From contig DASQEN010000342.1 in assembly GCA_035633635.1 (NCBI GenBank), positions 1 to 35,676 on the forward strand: DNA of 35,676 nt, written 5' to 3'. Both the position numbers and the translations under genes were made by a program. The DNA is from Gemmatimonadota bacterium. Its GTDB lineage: Bacteria; Gemmatimonadota; Gemmatimonadetes; JACCXV01; JAHWKZ01. How positions within the stretch are numbered: the stretch's first letter is position 1; each line of letters begins with the position of its first letter. Shown here piece by piece: positions 28,734 through 35,676 of the stretch. A model generated the notes under the pieces. The model was not told where the DNA came from. It was given only the letters and a program-made list of their open reading frames with translations, and ran no database searches.

Positions 28734-29050
28734 TGTCCGCGACCTGCCGCGCCACAGTCCGGATCGTGAACCGGCTGGGCCTGCATGCCCGGCCGGCCGC
28801 GCATTTCGTGCGCTTGGCGAACGGCTTCGCGTCCGACATCTACGTGGCCCGCGACTCCGTGGAGGTCAACGGCAAGAGCATCATGGGCGTGATGATGTTG
28901 GCCGCCGAGGAGGGTGCCCGGATCGAGATCCGTGCCGAGGGCGAGGACGCCGAGAAAGCCCTCGAAGGCCTGGTCTCCCTCGTCGAGCGCGGGTTCGACG
29001 AGGACGACGAGGGACGACCGGTCCGCGAGCAGGAAGGACAGGATGGCTGA
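28733..29050 (+). CDS. ptsH: Phosphocarrier protein HPr.
   Basis: VRIVNRLGLHARPAAHFV (active-site His) and VNGKSIMGVMMLAA (regulatory Ser, the HprK target). It also has an acidic C-terminal extension. An alternative GTG lies at 28730. Confidence 0.88.
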   Translation: MSATCRATVRIVNRLGLHARPAAHFVRLANGFASDIYVARDSVEVNGKSIMGVMMLAAEEGARIEIRAEGEDAEKALEGLVSLVERGFDEDDEGRPVREQEGQDG

Positions 29051-30803
29051 GCCACTTCCGCAGGAGATCTTCCATCACGGACAGGGCGTTTCCCCGGGAG
29101 TGGCCTACGGGCCGGCGTACCTGATCACCCCCGACGCGCTCCGGGTGCCGCAGCGAACGATCTCCGCAGAGGATATCGATGCCGAGCTCTCGCGATTCGA
29201 GGACGCGCTCGCAGCCACGCGCGCGGACATCGAACGGGTCAAGTCCGCCCTCGAACGGGCCGACAAGGGCGACGAGGCGGCGATCTTCGACTCTCACCTT
29301 CTGATCCTCGAGGATGAGACGCTGCTCGATTCGGTGCGCGAGCGCATTCGCGAGGGTCGAATGAACGTCGAGTTCGCGTTCTCCTCCCTCGTGCTGGAGA
29401 CCGTGGACCGGATCGAGAAGAGCGAGAACACCTACCTTCGGGAACGGGTGCGGGACATCCGGGACGTCGAGCACCGTGTGGTTCGATTCCTGCTCGGCCA
29501 GCGCGAGCCAGCGGTGGGCGATCTGCTGCAGAACGCGATCCTGGTCGCCCACGATCTGCCCGCCACTCTGACCGCCGAACTCGATCGAGATCGAATCCTG
29601 GGGTTCGCGACCGAGCTGGGCTCGGCGAACAGCCACACCGCGATCCTGGCGCGCGCGCTCGAGATTCCTGCGGTCGTCGATCTCGGGCCCGTCATGCAGC
29701 GCCTCTCCCACGGAGAGTCGGTAGTCCTCGACGGCCGGGAGGGCCTATTGATCCAGAGCCCCTCACCCGACACGCTCGCGGAGTACGAGCGGATCAAGGC
29801 GAAGATCGAGCGCAAGAGGGCCGAATGGGTCTCGCTCGCCGGAGTTCCCGGCCGCACTGCGGACGGCGAGCCGCTCACGCTGCTCGCGAACATCGAGTTC
29901 ACTCGCGAAGTCGATGCCGCGCTGGCGTTCGGTTGCGATGGAATCGGGCTGTATCGGACCGAGTACCTGTTCCTCCAGAGCGGCGGCGAAGTCCCCGAGG
30001 AGGACCAGCACCGGGTCTATCGCGGAATCGTCCGGCGCATGGAGGGACGGCCGGTCACGATCCGCACCCTCGACCTGGGCGGCGACAAGCTCCTGGCGGG
30101 AATGGAGCAAGAGGACAATCCGTTCCTGGGGTGGCGCGCCGTCCGCTACTGTCTGGACCGACCGGAGGTCTTCCTCGCGCAGATGCGGGCGATCCTGCGG
30201 GCGGGAGCCGAAGGTCCGGTGGCGATCATGATCCCCATGATCACGACCCTCGAGGAGGTGAACGCCGTGCTCGAGCTGGTGGGCTCCGCCAGGGAATCGC
30301 TGCGGAGCGACGGACTGCCCCATGCCGACACCTGCCCGGTGGGAATGCTGGTCGAAACCCCTGCCGCCGCGCTGATGGCCGAGAACCTCGCCGAGCGCTT
30401 CGATTTCCTGTCTCTGGGCACCAACGACCTGATCCAGTACACGCTGGCCGTGGACCGGGGAAACCGCCGGATCGCACACCTCTACCAGCCGTTTCACCCG
30501 GCGGTCCTGCGTCTCATCCGTGAGGTGGTGGATGCGGCCGCAGCCGCCGGGAAACCGGTGACCGTGTGCGGCGAGATGGGGTCGAATTCCCGAGCGGCGG
30601 CACTCCTCCTCGGGCTCGGGGTGCGGAGCTTCAGCATGGTCCCCGCACGGATCCCCCGCATCAAGCAGGTTCTGGGGCGAGTCACGGTGGAGGAAGCGAG
30701 CGAGACCGCAAGGGAGGCGCTGAGGCAGTCGGATTCGGACTCCGTCAAGGCGGTTGTGGACCGCAGGTTCGGCGAGCGATTCCATCACGCTCCCTCCAGC
30801 TGA
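29043..30803 (+). CDS. ptsI: Phosphoenolpyruvate-protein phosphotransferase (PTS Enzyme I).
   Basis: Phospho-His region GSANSHTAILARALEIPAVV, plus GLYRTEYLF and SLGTNDLIQYTLAVDR. Start at ATG 29043 (MAEPLPQEIFHHGQGVSPGVAYG), overlapping ptsH by 8 nt. Confidence 0.93.
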   Translation: MAEPLPQEIFHHGQGVSPGVAYGPAYLITPDALRVPQRTISAEDIDAELSRFEDALAATRADIERVKSALERADKGDEAAIFDSHLLILEDETLLDSVRERIREGRMNVEFAFSSLVLETVDRIEKSENTYLRERVRDIRDVEHRVVRFLLGQREPAVGDLLQNAILVAHDLPATLTAELDRDRILGFATELGSANSHTAILARALEIPAVVDLGPVMQRLSHGESVVLDGREGLLIQSPSPDTLAEYERIKAKIERKRAEWVSLAGVPGRTADGEPLTLLANIEFTREVDAALAFGCDGIGLYRTEYLFLQSGGEVPEEDQHRVYRGIVRRMEGRPVTIRTLDLGGDKLLAGMEQEDNPFLGWRAVRYCLDRPEVFLAQMRAILRAGAEGPVAIMIPMITTLEEVNAVLELVGSARESLRSDGLPHADTCPVGMLVETPAAALMAENLAERFDFLSLGTNDLIQYTLAVDRGNRRIAHLYQPFHPAVLRLIREVVDAAAAAGKPVTVCGEMGSNSRAAALLLGLGVRSFSMVPARIPRIKQVLGRVTVEEASETAREALRQSDSDSVKAVVDRRFGERFHHAPSS

Positions 30804-30814
30804 AAGTTGCGACG

Positions 30815-31915
30815 ATGACGACTCGATTTCCGGCCTTGCCCACCGCGACCGAGCTCGCCCTCTGGCGGCAGCGCGAGGAGGAACTCGACTGCTCCGGGAT
30901 GCGCGCGCACGTGGCGGGCTTCGGCCGGCGCCTGGGGATCGCGGTCCCCGCGGCGCGGGAGTTCGCCTCCTGTCTCCGTGCCGACCCCGCGCCGGTCGCG
31001 ATCGCGGTGCTCGGCATGGGGGGGTCGGCGGTGGCGGGCGATCTAGTTGCCGCGGCGACGGCGGCGCGCCGCAGGCTGCCGCTCTGCGCCGTGCGTGCCT
31101 GGGATCCGCCCGCGTGGCTGGGCGATCGCGCGTTCGTGATCGCGTCCTCCTATTCCGGAGATACCGAAGAGACCGTTGCCGCGTACCGGACGGCCCGGGA
31201 GCGAGGCGCGCGAGGGGCGGCGATCACGACGGGGGGACGGCTCGCCGCCCTGGCGCGGAAGCTGGGGGACCCGGTTCTCGACCTGCCGCCGGGCCTGCCT
31301 CCTCGTGCGGCCTTGCCGGAGTCACTCGCCGGCTGTGCGCTGGCGGTTGGGGCACTGGACCCCGGGCTCGAGATCGACGGGCTGGCTGGCGAGCTGAGCG
31401 AGGCCGCCGCGGCTCTGGAGCCCCGGCTGGATGGCTGGCTGGATTGGGAGGAGAGGAACCCCGCGCTCGCCCTTGCGGTCTCCTTCGCCGATCGGCTCCC
31501 GATCGTCTACGGCGGTCATCCGGTGTCGATCGCGGCGGCCCACCGCTGGAAGACACAGCTCAACGAAAACGGCAAGATCCCCGCATGGGGGGGCGCGTTC
31601 CCAGAGCATGGGCACAACGAGATCGTGGGCTTCGAGGGCAGCCATCCGGCTCTCGATCGTCTCGCCCTGGTCTACCTGGAGACGCCCTGGGACGATTCGC
31701 GCGTCTCCGGACGCATGGCGTGGACCCGGGAGTGGTGCGATGGCCGGGTCGGGGTGCAGCACCGTGTCGAGTCGGGCGGGGATACCCCGCTCGAGGGGAT
31801 GCTTCGGTTGTGCTGCATGGGGGACTGCACTAGCTTCCTTGTCTCGATCATCACCGGGAAAGACCCCACCCCCGTGGCGTCCATCGACCAGTTGAAGGCT
31901 GGGCTCGCACGTTGA
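30815..31915 (+). CDS. Bifunctional phosphoglucose/phosphomannose isomerase (SIS + bact-PGI_C type).
   Basis: SIS motifs (VLGMGGSAVAGDL; IASSYSGDTEET) and a C-terminal pattern typical of the PGI/PMI family (RWKTQLNENGKIPAWGGAFPEHGHNEIVGFE). Start at ATG 30815. Confidence 0.75.
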   Translation: MTTRFPALPTATELALWRQREEELDCSGMRAHVAGFGRRLGIAVPAAREFASCLRADPAPVAIAVLGMGGSAVAGDLVAAATAARRRLPLCAVRAWDPPAWLGDRAFVIASSYSGDTEETVAAYRTARERGARGAAITTGGRLAALARKLGDPVLDLPPGLPPRAALPESLAGCALAVGALDPGLEIDGLAGELSEAAAALEPRLDGWLDWEERNPALALAVSFADRLPIVYGGHPVSIAAAHRWKTQLNENGKIPAWGGAFPEHGHNEIVGFEGSHPALDRLALVYLETPWDDSRVSGRMAWTREWCDGRVGVQHRVESGGDTPLEGMLRLCCMGDCTSFLVSIITGKDPTPVASIDQLKAGLAR

Positions 31916-32894
31916 AGATCGTCATTCCCGCCGCCGGGCAGGGGACCCGGCTCCGGCCCCACACCCACACGCTGCCCAAGGTCATGCTCCCGGTCGCGGG
32001 ACGCCCGATCATCGGGCACATCCTGGCGGACGTGGCCGGTCTGGAGCCCGACGAAGTCCGACTCGTGGTCGGCTATCGCGGCAATACGGTCGAGAGATAC
32101 GCGCGGCGCGCTTTCCCCGATCTGCCGATCCGCCTAGTGTGGCAGGAGCAGCAGCTGGGGCTCGGCCATGCGGTCCTTCAGGCGCTGGATCCCGGCGACC
32201 ACGACGACGTGCTCGTGGTCTTGGGGGACACGGTGTTTGACGTCGATTACGCGGAGATCGTCGCCCACGAGGACCATGTGCTGGGCGTGCGCCCGGTGCC
32301 CGACCCCCAGCGTTTCGGGATCGTCGAGCTCGACGGCTCCGGTCGCCGCATCTCCAAGCTCGTGGAGAAGCCCGCGGAGCCCAAAGGCAACCTCGCCCTG
32401 GTGGGCCTCTACTATGTCCGGGACGGCGAGCTGTTGCGGGAGGCGATCGCGGGCCTCGTGGGAGACGACGCGCGGACGCGCGGAGAGTATCAGCTGACCG
32501 ACGCGCTTCAGCGAATGATCGACGCCGGCGAACGCTTCGTGCCCTTCGAGATCGGGGGCTGGTACGACTGCGGCAAGTCGGAGACTTTGCTAGCCACAAA
32601 CCGCGCGCTCCTCGACCTGCGGACTCCGGACCCCCCGACGAGAGGCGTGGATCGGAGCGTGCTGGTTCCGCCCGTCCACGTGGGTCCGGGCTGCACGATC
32701 GAGAACGCGATCGTCGGACCCTACGTCTCGATGGCAGAAGGCGCCACGATCCGGGATTCGATCGTGCGCGATTCCATTCTTGCGGAGGGCGCGCACGTCG
32801 AGGGCGCCGTCCTCGAAGGCTCGATCGTGGGGCCGGAGGTCCGGGTCCTCGGACGGGCCCGAACCGTGAACCTGGGAGAGAACTCGGAGGTCAC

Positions 32895-32901
<7 letters not shown>
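31912..32901 (+). CDS. Sugar-1-phosphate nucleotidyltransferase (NTP_transferase + C-terminal left-handed beta-helix); the NDP-sugar specificity is unknown.
   Basis: (M)[33 protein letters not shown] is the canonical nucleotidyltransferase N-terminus. LGLGHAV and LVEKP are present. Hexapeptide-like repeats occur at the C-terminus. The TTG at 31912 overlaps the upstream stop (TTGA). Confidence 0.8.
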
Positions 32902-35509
<2,608 letters not shown>

Positions 35510-35532
35510 TCGGTCGATGAAAACGGCGGGGC

Positions 35533-35600
35533 ACCCACGAAGTGGGTCGCTGCGGCGTTTCGCTTCCTCGTGTCTTCCTGCGGCGTACAAATCGTACGCC
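35533..35600 (+). terminator. Two stem-loops downstream of ahcY; weak intrinsic terminator candidates.
   Basis: ACCCAC-gaa-GTGGGT (35533-35547) is extendable with bulges and followed by CGTTT. A perfect 7-bp hairpin GGCGTAC-aaatc-GTACGCC lies at 35582-35600. Neither has a strong U-tract. Confidence 0.3.
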
Positions 35601-35676
35601 TCGGAATCCGCTCGTTGCGCGCCTTGCATCTGACCCGTTTTGATCGACCTCTAAGTTTTCATCCCGATTCCCTGGG

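Overview
Visibly GC-rich, very gene-dense 35.7-kb chromosomal segment from a diderm, LPS-making bacterium. The phylum cannot be fixed from sequence alone; a Gemmatimonadota- or Acidobacteriota-like lineage is only a guess. I call 37 CDS (one partial at the left edge) plus one disrupted gene. I recognised no rRNA, tRNA, CRISPR array, IS or prophage. All CDS coordinates include the stop codon.

Layout:
- Minus-strand block, 237-6722: an NTF2-like lipoprotein, a LemA + M48 (HtpX-like) peptidase pair, and an operon of a mini Fis-type HTH protein, hpnC, hpnD, hpnE and a 2Fe-2S ferredoxin (three-step squalene synthesis). An ACT-domain gene on the plus strand sits inside this block.
- murJ (+), convergent with a TMEM175/DUF1211-like channel gene that carries an in-frame TAG.
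- An unbroken run of 26 plus-strand genes, 9395-35509: uvrC, queG, MBL hydrolase, xerC/D-type recombinase, an Omp85-like outer-membrane protein, kdsB, pyrG, kdsA, kdsC, kdsD, lptC, a long lptA, lptB, rpoN, hpf, hprK, mannose-family PTS EIIA/B/C/D, ptsH, ptsI, PGI/PMI, a sugar-1-P nucleotidyltransferase, metK and ahcY.

Many neighbouring genes overlap by 4 nt (GTGA/ATGA/TTGA), which I used to place start codons.

This is mostly core housekeeping DNA. The points worth a second look are:
- a near-consensus sigma-54 promoter in front of the HTH-hpnCDE-ferredoxin operon;
- the ferredoxin translationally coupled to hpnE;
- a complete HprK-controlled Man-family PTS where proteobacteria have PTS-Ntr, downstream of rpoN-hpf;
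- an Omp85-like barrel with a beta-helical (bactofilin-like) N-terminal region coupled to the recombinase gene;
- a nonsense-interrupted channel gene;
- a possible autoregulatory sigma-54 site upstream of rpoN.

The many long antisense or out-of-frame ORFs in the six-frame track are GC-driven artefacts.
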